From Paragordius varius (taxonomy: Eukaryota > Animalia > Nematomorpha), in contig OZ176050.1 of the NCBI GenBank assembly GCA_964247055.1, positions 4,588,001 through 4,652,000 on the forward strand: a stretch of 64,000 bases of DNA. The letters run 5' to 3'. Shown here piece by piece: positions 12,975 through 23,872 of the stretch (the stretch's first letter is position 1; every line of letters begins with the position of its first letter). Position numbers and translations under genes: made by a program. The notes under the pieces are model-generated. The model was not told the origin of the DNA. It saw only the letters and a list, made by a program, of their open reading frames with translations, and did no database searches.

Positions 12975-15900
12975 CTAGTGTTTTCTCATCATAGTAAGCC
13001 AAAATGCCAATTTTCTTCCAGAATCTCTGATTGCTAATACAAAATTTTCCCTGAAGCATTTATTGAGAAGGATGTTGAGATAAAAGGTAATTGCTACATA
13101 CATGAATTCAAGGATTGATAAAATGAACCAAACTTTGAAATCGTTTAAACCTAATATGATAACAAAAATATAGTTTGATTATAATTCAAAGAGATATGGA
13201 GTACGCATGTTTTGCCAACTGAATTTTTAAAACATTTATTTCAAAACTTACTTGCCAGTAAGTTTGAAAAACGTCAATAAATGCATATTGTATTAATTGT
13301 TTATCTTTTCTGCCTTATTACATAAATTTTGGCTGAAAATGATCAAAAAAATTTCTGTAAAATTCGAATTGGGTGGCAAAAAATGTAACATTCATAAGCA
13401 AAAGACTTGACTTAAGTGTTTTTTCGCCGATTTTAAAGTGTAAACTTGCTCAACTTGCCACGCTTGACTTACAAGTCAAGTGCGACTTTTTTATCACCCC
13501 ACCCTTAATATGGTTCTTGTGAAAATATATTTATAGTTATTATAATTAAAATTTTACACATCAACTAATCCGACTTTACATCGGTATATTTTTAGCGACG
13601 CGTCATATTAATGGATAAATGCGAGTGTTGAGTCAAAAATTTAGATTTGGTATTTTCGGATGACCAACTGAAATATGGGTTTATCTTGTTCGGTGTTTTA
13701 TATAGACAAAAAGGCATTTTATTATAATACTTATAAAAAACATTTTTTAATCTAAACTACATATATGTAAGTATGTTCCTCCATCTCAAATATTGAACAA
13801 GATGAATTACATGTTTTTTAATTTAGATCTCTAAGCAATAAGACCCTCATACGAATATAAATATATATACTACTACTATTTATTAGAAATGCTTTAAATT
13901 AATTTATAAATAAAATTTTATGATCATACATTAAAAATGTATTCAGAAAATTTTTTGGGTCTGTGCTAAGTGTCTGTCCCATCTATAAATTAATTATAAT
14001 TTCAGAAACTATATAAACAAAATTTTATACATTAAATGTATTATAATGCCGCCCATAGTTGCTATTATGATAAAACTAGACAACAAATATGCCATTCTTG
14101 TTAATTTATTTATTTCATTAATGTATGTATACCATTTGCACTTCAAGAGTGTCCTTGAACAATTCAAGTTGTCCTTAAAATTTTTAAATTTTAATTTAAC
14201 AATTTTTGCATGTATTTTTTTTTATTATTTTTTAACCTAATTTTCTTTATTTATTATATATTTATTCATTTAATAATTTTATTCAAAAACCACTTTATTT
14301 CAAACTAATATTTTTCCAATAACAAAATTATTAACTTAAAAATGTTTTCACTGAAAAATTGTGAATAATAACCCAGAAAATTTATATATTTTTTAATAAG
14401 TGTTAAAATCAAATAAACCATAATAATTTTAAGAAATTAAAAAATACGTTCTTTATGATTAAAAGTTTTTGATTTTGAATTTATGTTAAATGAAAAATAG
14501 GTCAAAAACGATCAAATAGATGAATGTACGATTCGATTGATAAAAGTTAAAAACTAAACAAAAAAGTCAAAGGACCAACTTGAAGTGTTCAAGGATTAAC
14601 TTGAAATGTTGATGTTCAAGGACCAACTTGAAATTTTCAAGGACCAAATTGAACTGTTTAAGAACACTCTTAAAGTGCAAATGGTATAATTATTAGTTTA
14701 CATTTATATAAAATTTAAAAAAATCAATAAAAGCTTTTGGTTTGCTTTTCTAATAAAATTATTATTATCATAATTATTTTCATCGTAATGGTTGTAAAAA
14801 ATCAAGAATACCTTAAACTATATTTGGAGTCTTTGAAATTATAAGTCTTCTAAAGAAAAAATTTAATATTGATATGATGGAATTTTTTTAAAAAAATAAA
14901 TGGCTGTTTGAATGATATAAAAGCACTAAATACGTGTTTAATCAAAAAAACTTTCTTGTATTATCTTTTTTCGACATTCATGCCATATACACAAAGTTTG
15001 AGCTATTTTCATCCATTATTCTTAAAAAAATATAAAAATTAGGAAAAACGCTTTCGCTTCGCGGTTTGTCGCTCTTTGTGTCCAATATTAACTATCATGT
15101 AAAACATATTAGTATGCATTTCATAGAGTTTTTATTACTCTTTCAAATGATGTATTACAAATGGGCATTTGTTGTATATATCCAAAGAAAAATATTTTTT
15201 AGTGATATTTGGACAAAGAGGGCGCATAATCATAAAATATCAAATTATACAAATTCCTAGGTGGAGTTATAATTTTTATTTCAGAAGTGAAAATAATAAT
15301 ATGTATTAAAAAATGCATAAAACTCGAGTGGCAGAAAAAATTATGTTTTTTCCCCCAAAAAGAATTTGGGCTGGTTCCGATTCCATTATTTTTTTGGCAA
15401 AAATTTTGGTTCCGGTTTCACTTTGCTTTCTTTCGTCAAAAAAGGTCCCCGTTCTACAATTTTTTCCGCGTTTCATTTTTTTATCTACTGGTCTAACTAA
15501 TCAAAAATTAACAATATTGGAATTCATTATTTGGTATTTAATTTTTGGGTTAGGATTATGCCGGGTTTTTTTGTTTGTCCGATTAAAAATTAGCGCAAGA
15601 AAAGCCTTAGGCTTACGTATAAAAATGTCAATTTTTTCAAAATTTGGGGTTGTTATAAAGTTAAAAGTGCTTAAAATTTATTATTTTAAATAAAAAAATT
15701 GAAATTTATATATGCCAAAAGCAATATAAAACCAACAGGAGTAGCAAAGCTGTTATCGTAAAGGAAAACAAATTATCATTCAAAAAACAGCTTATCTAAA
15801 CACATTACATTAAATAATATTTAAAATAAAATAATAAGTATTAATTCACAAATAGTACACTTCATAAAATCGTCATAGTAATTATAAATATTAAGCAACT

Positions 15901-17846
15901 TTTCTCCAAAAATTATAAAAATTGTTTACTTTCCTCTTGAACATGTTGTATAAATAGTTGAAACAAAAAATAAAAAAAAACATTAAAAAGAAGGGGGAAA
16001 AAGCTAAAAATTGTAATTGTTAAAAAAGAAAAATGGAGCCATTTTTGGTAAAAAATTCTAAAACAGCTCCAAAAAAAAGCTAAGTTTCACAAAAACGGTT
16101 CCGGTTCCAATCCCTGATTATAACCATGCATAAATTAGATATCAATTAATTTGGAAGCTTCACCAGTTCTAACTTCAGCCAATATGACCATTTTCACATT
16201 GGTCCTGTATTTAGAAAGGAAGCTAAATTTTAACCAAATTTGAATATATATGACCTTAAAATTTTGATTTGTGAGACATATTTTTTGCAATTTTATAAAA
16301 AAAATCGTAATGCGCTTAAAAACCGTAAATTGTATATTTTTTCAAGTTGTTACCATAAATATAATTTAAGATTATTAATCTAAAATCCTTCTGGAATAAA
16401 ATTACCCCAAAAGGTAATGAAGTGTTAAGGCGTGTAAAAAATTAAAAAATTTTCAACAAAGTTATTAATACCAATAAAACATTTTCGTTAATTTCCTTTT
16501 TTTAATTATACATTGGAAATTACTTATATAACTTTTAGTAATAGAAGGTCCTAAATGAACACACGCGTATCATGCAGAAACTTTTTTTTAAGAATTAAAT
16601 GATAATTATAAATATTAAAATATAACAATATAAGGATTTTCATAATAAAACTAATTTTCAATTTCCTCTCTTTTACAATAACAATCATCATCCTATTTAC
16701 CTATTTCTTGAGATGTTACATAGATAGTGCTTCCAATGCTAGCAGGAAATAAGAAAAAGATGTATTGTACCAACAATATCAATAACAATTTATAGTTTTT
16801 ACGAATTTCCAATTTTTTCTTGGATAATCTATCAATTTTGGATGTACTCTCCCGTGATCGGTCATTTACCATTTCATTTGATTGGAAGCCACTACTTGGA
16901 GTTGGTGAATATTTATTAGTAGTCCCTCCTTGAGTAAGTTGTATCTGAGAAGTCTTTGATGGTCTAGTAGCATCTTGATACAAAATTTTGACAGTTTCCA
17001 TGTTAGTTAGGGTTACTCTTCTCTTTTTGTCCGTGCATTCATTTATGTTTGATGGTGTTGTATAGTCTTGCGTTATATCCCATAGAAACAAGTGATGGGT
17101 CTTGTAAATCGAAAATAGTTTAAGATACATTTCAATGGTAAACGGAATCCACATTGTAAAAGAGATACGGAAAATGTAATAAATTAGACCTGAACCGCTA
17201 TGCGTTAAATAACTCCGTGAAAATATGTAGATAAATAGTAACCTGTTACTATGCAACCACTGAGTTTCATGTTGCTTGTGGGCCTTTAGCAAAATTGCTG
17301 ATAGGGGTACTATCCATACGAAAGAGTAAATACAAATACCTATGAAAGCTAATTTAACACATCGCATAGAACAATATTTGCGGTAAAAATAGGGATAGGC
17401 TACCGCCACCATGTGGTAAGCACAAAATAGGAAGGACACTAGAAAACTACAATTTATAAGCGCTCTGGCAAGCGGGAAATGAAATAACATTAAATATTTG
17501 TGAAGATGCATGCTGGACCTTCCATGTATATTTGTAACGGAAGAAATAATTTAAGTAGTGGCCATGGAACCATAAATAAACAACTAACTAGATTGATTGC
17601 GAATAAATATCGAGTTAAGACACCGTTGATAGAAACGTGAGGCCGAAAGATGGGATGATATGCCATAAGTAGACCAAAACTATTGCCAATTACGCCCAAA
17701 ACAAAAATTGTAAGTAACATCCATTTATAGATATTTTCATAAAGAGATACTAACTTGATCAAATATTCATAATCTAGAACTTCTTTGTGGGAATTCATAT
17801 GTGTAATATTAGGATAATATTGAACAATCAATCCGTCATTTACCAT
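12975..17846 (-). pseudogene. Divergent class A (peptide-receptor-like) GPCR, copy 1; two exons, one frameshift (pseudogene, polymorphic null or sequence error)
   Basis: Exon 1 is 17846-16701 (TM1-TM6), split into overlapping ORFs 17846-17490 and 17511-16693. The ECL1 stretch between LFL and YL is 44 nt versus 45 nt in the paralog. Donor ATAG|GTAAAT at 16700; acceptor TTAG at 13151. Exon 2 is 13150-12975 (GLNDFKVWFILSILEFMYVAITFYLNILLNKCFRENF...RKH*). About 440 aa if repaired. Confidence 0.85.
14050..14790. repeat. Degenerate inverted-repeat element with an internal ~21-bp minisatellite (CAAGGACCAACTTGAAATGTT-like)
   Basis: TATACCATTTGCACTTCAAGAGTGT (~14128-14152) is mirrored by ACACTCTTAAAGTGCAAATGGTATA (~14664-14688). 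About four tandem units at 14568-14660. A related inverted pair lies at ~7085-7400. Confidence 0.5.
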
Positions 17847-18299
17847 TACAAAATAAATTTAGTTTAATGGTGTATGATATGTCATCTCTATAATAAATCC
17901 TGAAGATTAACACAATATTAATAACAATATTTTATGTTATTGAAATGATATACAAGGAATTATTGATTATTTAATTTTATAATTAAATTAGAATCTTTTT
18001 CACAGGCTAATATTAACATATTAATTGAATTTTTGTTCATTGGTTATATGTGTATGTGGCACCAAAGTGTCAATATTATTACTAAAAAGCCAATAAATAA
18101 TTAAATCCATTTACAAAAAGTTATAACTTATTTTGATATCCAAATGTTACACTCACATATCAATAAAAAAATAAGTGTTGTGAGGGAGAAACGGTACAAA
18201 CGAGATATCATTTATATATAAAATTCTCCTATAGTGTTGAGGAAACCACGTGTTTATTATCCCGTTTTGCTAGCAAAAACTAATAGATGATCATTCCAT

Positions 18300-18610
18300 A
18301 TGGTCAGACAATTTGATCTATTCTACATCTACCAACTGTGCTGGTCCAGTCCCCTCCTATGATAATCATATCTCGTTTCTTCGTTTCATCCAAAACTATT
18401 TGCAGCTTTGCATAAATTCATCTGTGTATTCTTTCGGAGCTTGTGAAGTAGGAGCCTAGACTACTGTGTATGTAAATTTAAGTGGCCTACCATTCATCCT
18501 AATACTTATAATTCTGGGTGTATACGGTGTATAACCAATGAGACTTTTATCCAAGTCGTTTTTTATCAATACTGTAACGTCTTTTGATTTTCGGTCATCT
18601 CTCCCCGATC
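18300..18610 (-). mobile_element. Decayed RTE-clade LINE fragment, apurinic endonuclease domain
   Basis: Minus strand reads VLIKNDLDKSLIGYTPYTPRIISIRMNGRP..TVV*APT...DEF / YAKLQIVLDETKKRDMIIIGGDW..VG. This matches the RII.IR, YAPT, FY..LQ and I.GDFN motifs of RTE/BovB endonucleases; it has a stop and a frameshift. Confidence 0.75.
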
Positions 18611-18906
18611 TTCACAAGATACTTTTGTTTTGTGTTATATTTTTAATTAGTCTCCGTTCCCAATATATCTAGATTTAATATTTTCAATTCTCTTTAATTA
18701 TAACTTGTTTGATTTTTTTAATAATCGAACATTCCAGCACAATGCTAATAGTGCAACTATTTTCTGGCAATAAAAAATTGAGGGTGGATTGCCATAGCCT
18801 TCCCTCTCGACTACCTGCTTTAAAAAAATAACTATTATAGTAAAAAATAATAAAAATTATATATGTGTTGTCGATTTTTGGTGAATTTTGAATTATTATA
18901 TAAATA

Positions 18907-21593
18907 CAAGCGTATCTCGTGCTACGCAGCCCGAGGAAGTCCTTCGGACTTCTTGGGGAGTGGAGAAGGGGGCGCTATTTGAAAAAAGAGAGAAATAATT
19001 GTGATCCATATATGTGGATTATTTCAAACATTTTTATAGTTATGATCTCATAGGATTTTCAAAACGGTTTTATAGATTTTCAAAACTATGCATTCATACT
19101 AATATATTGTTTACTTATGTGAAGGCCCCAAATTGACGGCTAACGGAAAAAAACGCTATACTATAGTTTTTACCTATTTATGAATAAAGCCTTTATTGAA
19201 CTCGTAGGGCTTCTTGAGTTTTTTGAAAATTAGCTCCAAAACCACGCCATTTTTGTATGGCGTCTCAGTTTAAACCGGTACACCCCTAACCATAGACCTA
19301 TATGAAAAAAGCGCTAAGTTAGATTTTTTGCCTTTATAGGGGAAATATTTGGAATCCTCTTTGATACCATCGTCTCATGGGTTATTCGAAAAAATACCTT
19401 AACATTAAATAATCGTTTTATGATGGCGTATTTTTAGGGCATAAAGCCCCAAATTAACGGCTAATAAAAAACGCTGACCTTAATCTTACCTAGTTACGGG
19501 TAATATATCAAGCTTTTAATGAGCTCATATGGCTTCATAAACTTTCTGTATATTAGCTCCAAAACAAAGCAATTTCTCTATAGTGGCGCAATTTTTGGCG
19601 GGTAGGTCCTTACGCAGAGACAGGTATAAAAAAAGCGTCGGGCAAAATTTTTGCCTTTATATGGGTAATATCTGGAATTATCATTGATTATATATGTTTA
19701 TATAGGTTTGGAAATAATGCTTTAAAACTATGAAATTGTTCTATGGTGGTGCATTTTTCAGGGCGCAAAACTTTACTTAGCGACTCGTAATAAATATTTT
19801 AGGCCCTTATTGAACTCACATAGTCCCATAGGTTTTGTGAAATTTGGCTCCATGTTGTATCGATAGGTGACGCAGTTTTACGCGGGTAGCCCGGCAATTA
19901 GAGTCAAAACAAAAAAAACGCTCGATTAAAATTTTGGCCTTATTTCGGGTTATACCTGGAATCATGATTGATTCCATATGCTCTCGTGGGATTTTCGAAA
20001 AATTGCCTCAGAACCAAAAAGTCAGTCTATGGTGGCGCATTTTTCAGGGCAAGAGCCTAATTAAGGGGTAAAATTTTTTGCCTTTTTACGTGTAATATTT
20101 CAGGCCCATATTAAAGTTATGTGGCCTGATAAGTTTTCTGAAAATTAACTCCTAGGTGGCGCAGTTTTAGGTGGGTGGCTTTCTACCCAGAGACTGATTC
20201 AAAAAAGCGCTTGATTAAAATTTTGCTTATTTACGGAGATACCTGGAATCATGATTGATTCCATATGCTCTCATTAGTTTTTGCAAAAATTGCCTCAAAA
20301 TTGAAAAATCATTCTATGGTGGTACATTTTTCAGGGCGTAAATGGCCAAATTAACGGAGATAACAAATGGAATTCAGAAAAGAGTTTAGAGATAGCAGAA
20401 AAGCGGAGAAAAGCTAAATCAAAGAGGGCTAATAATATGATTTATCCCTTAATTAGGCCCTTGCCCTAAAAAAATGCGCCACCACATAATGACTTTTTGG
20501 TATTGAGGCAATTTTTCAATCCCACGAGAGCATATGGCCTCGATCATGATTCCAGTTATTACCCGAATTAAGGCAAAAATTTTGATCAAGCGTTTTTGTT
20601 TCGCCCCTGGTTAGGGAACTACCCGCGTAAAACTCCGGCACCATATAGATACAGCATGCCTTTGGAGCCAAATTCCAGAAAACCTATGAGACTACATGAG
20701 TTAATAAGGGCCTAAAATATTTATTACCCCTTAAAAAACAAATATTTAGCTTATAGGGGATTATTACAATGAGTCGCTGAAAAAAGTTTTACGTCCTGAA
20801 AAATGCGCCGCCATAGAACAATCTTTTGGTTTTGAAGCAATATTTCCAAGAACTTATAGAATCTATGACAACTTCAGATATTCCCCATAAAGGCAAAACT
20901 TTGCCAAACGCTTTTTTATAGGTGCCTTTGGGTAAGGAGCTACCCGCCAAAAACTGCGCGACTATATAGAAATTGTATTGTTTTGGAGACAGAAAATTGT
21001 GAAGCCATATGAGCTCTTTAAAAACTTTAAATATTACCCGTAACTAGGTAAAAATTAAGGTCAGGCGTTTATCTATTAGCCGGTAAATTGGGGCCTTAAT
21101 GCCCTAAAAATAAACCATGATATAGCGATTATTTAGTGTTGAGGTATTTTTTCGAATAACCCATGAGACGATCTTATCAAAGATGATTCCAAATATTTGC
21201 ACTATAAAGGCAAACAATTTAACTCAGCGATTTTTCCATATAGGTCTATGTGTAGGGGTCTACCGGTTTAAAACTGAAACGCCATAAAAATGACGTGGTT
21301 TTGGAGCTAACTTTCAATAAACTTAGGAAGCCATACGAGTTTAATAAAGGCTTTAAATAATACCCATAAAAAGGTAAAAATTATAGCATAGCGTTTTTTT
21401 CCTTAGCCGTCAATTTGGGGCCTTTACACCAATAAACAATATATTATAATGCACAGTTTTGAAAATTCTATGAGATCAAAACTTTTAAATAATGTTTTAA
21501 AATCCACATATATGGATCAATTTTGTTGATCTCTTTTTTCAAGAAGTCCGAAGGACTTCCTCGGGCTGCGTAGTAGCCCGAGATTTACGCTAG
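18907..21593. mobile_element. 2.7-kb palindromic element made of two inverted 3' halves of a tandem-repeat-bearing Helitron
   Basis: The left arm (18907-20355) is the reverse complement of the right arm (20441-21593) over about 1.1 kb, plus one extra repeat unit. The right end reads hairpin CTCGGGCT-gcgtagt-AGCCCGAG, then ATTTACG, then CTAG|TA; the left end is the decayed mirror (CTTG|TA on the minus strand). Arms contain ~290-325-bp subrepeats also found at 62980-64000. Confidence 0.8.
20356..20430 (+). mobile_element. Short RTE-LINE ORF fragment forming the spacer of the palindrome
   Basis: Translates GDNKWNSEKSLEIAEKRRKAKSKRA, resembling the recalled KWLSEEALQIAEKRREAKSKG linker of RTE/BovB ORF2. 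Confidence 0.55.
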
Positions 21594-22981
21594 TAAGGAA
21601 ATAAAATTAAAAAATGTGGATTGATGAACCAACAAATATGCTACGCTATAAAATGCTTTTACATTGTAAATAAAGGAGTTCTGAATAAGTTTTCTTTTTC
21701 CAAAGTCTAATTAGTATGCATAGATCAGAAGCGCCAACTTTTTGTTAATACCCGCAAACTGCGCTAAACCGATTGACTAAAAACTTAAACCATAAATCGA
21801 GTCGCGACGCGTCATAGGCTTAATTTGGAATTAACGCCACTGGCCATTAATCTTATATAATATCGTGCACTCTCGGCATTACATTTATCTTAAAAAGGGT
21901 CAGAAAATTTGAGACTTTCGTAGCACACATTTAAAAAATTAATATACATAGTTTTGCCCATATATGTTATATATTATTGCTAGAAAAAAGCATCAAGATT
22001 CACATGGTGCTAATAATTTTGGGCCTTGCAAGTGATTTGGGAAAGTTCAATTTATGATACTTCCTCTATATTGAATCGCAATAGACATTGTGCTAAATAA
22101 AAACAAAAATATCATTAAAATATATCATAAACTATGTTCAAAAAGGAAAATAATATTTACAAAAAAATTAATTTTAGATATATTCCGATAGTAATATATT
22201 TCTTTGGGGCATTAAAATAGGTTAATATATCCCGAGATTGTAAGTAAATTTTTTTTATTTGATAGATAATGACATCATATCTTTTATAAAAATGGATACT
22301 TTGTTTGGATTGATGGTATTTTAAGATATGCTAGAATGGGTATAAAAACACTTTCCGTATAACAATACGATTCTACTGAGAATCTCCATCACTTAAAAAT
22401 TTAATCTTTTGATTTTTAAGAAAACATCTATATTAATGCGAACGAATTTAAATTTGATGTGAAGAGAAGATTAGCATCATACAATATCGGTACCTTTGAG
22501 AATGGGGATTAATTTTGAGATTTTTCAATATGAAGCATTGACCACAAAATTGGAAAAGAGCATTCTTAAGGGCTTTTGCCCCAAAACCAAAAAAACGAAC
22601 CATGAACCTGATTCACTAAGAATATATACATTAAATTAAAATATATTAGACCTCAGATTGGGTACCCTGATTATATTAAGTTTTATCTTTTGTTACGCAG
22701 TTTGCATATCAATAAATTTTTAAAATTCTTCACGTGATCAGAACCGAAAAGAATATTAATCTGATATATAAAATATAGGGATGGTCATTTTAGGTTTGGG
22801 CTCCTCCTCTTTCAAATTATACTATAATTCTACAAGATTAAATTAAATAGAGCAAACAAAGCTGAGATTTTGGGATAAAAAATTTAATTTAAACTTGTCT
22901 TAGCGTTTTGGATATGCTACATTCTTATATATTGATTTTATTGTGCGTTTTAACAAAAATGTATTTTATAATAATCTAGCG

Positions 22982-23249
22982 CTGGTTCCAACCTTTTTTG
23001 TTCACGCCCCAACCAATTCAAAATAAAAACTGCGCCCCCTCTCAAAAAAATCCAAGATAAAAATGTCAAATATATTATAATATTACGAGATCTTTATTTC
23101 TGCATTTTTTGTATCGTTTCCATGTCGGTAACAAATCTTGATAATTCGCACCTGAAATCAATTTGTTTCTATTATTTTTATATTTAAATTCTCTACATTT
23201 TTTGCGCCCCCCTTAGATTTTTCTACCGCCCCCCCTTTGGAAACCACTC
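22982..23249 (+). mobile_element. hAT (Charlie-type) MITE, ~270 bp
   Basis: Ends CTGGTTCCAACCTTTT ... TTTGGAAACCACTC; flanking 8-mers ATCTAGCG (22974-22981) and CTCTAGCG (23250-23257) match 7/8 and fit the NTCTAGAN-type target. Internal GCGCCCCC repeats. Confidence 0.55.
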
Positions 23250-23872
23250 CTCTAGCGTATTTTAAAATATATTTTTTATGTTTTAATTAACTGATAAAAC
23301 GGGTCTCAAAAATAAGAGTTTCAAATAATTCGAAGCAAAGCTTCTATCAAAAAGTTAGTCAACATAAGTACACTAAATTTATTTTATGAAATTACGATTA
23401 AATAAAGGTATGTGAAATAACCGTAGGCCTGAAAACCAAAAGCACCATCAAAACTCTGACACATTGTATCAGATATATATTTATTCAAAATAATTTTTAT
23501 GGGCACTATGAAACTATTTGTGTTATTTTATCGTTTTACCACAATATTATATATCATATCATAGCATATTTGATTAATTAACTTTTAATTATTTTATGAA
23601 TGAATAAGTATATTTATTTGTTTTCGCTACAATACACATAATATTTAAATGAAAATAAATTTGGGATGCATGCATATATAATTAATTATATATATATATA
23701 TATATTTTATTTTGCTTTTAATGCTTATTAAATTAAAAATTAATTTTGCAAAACACACTTAAGTTAAATAAAACAGCAAGCAAATATTTCCCTATCGTAT
23801 GTTTTGCAGTTGTATATTCTGAGGATATTTTTTTAAATAAATTTTTTAATATTATTTAAACAAAAAAAAGAA

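Noticed and set aside
15066-15693. Cluster of 64-126-aa plus-strand ORFs
   Set aside because: Phe/Ile/Leu/Lys-rich translations expected from AT-rich repeat DNA in the GPCR intron; no domain signature.
17490-17555. Programmed -1 ribosomal frameshift or a small intron as the explanation of the GPCR break
   Set aside because: No X XXY YYZ slippery heptamer and no GT..AG pair that would restore the frame in this interval.
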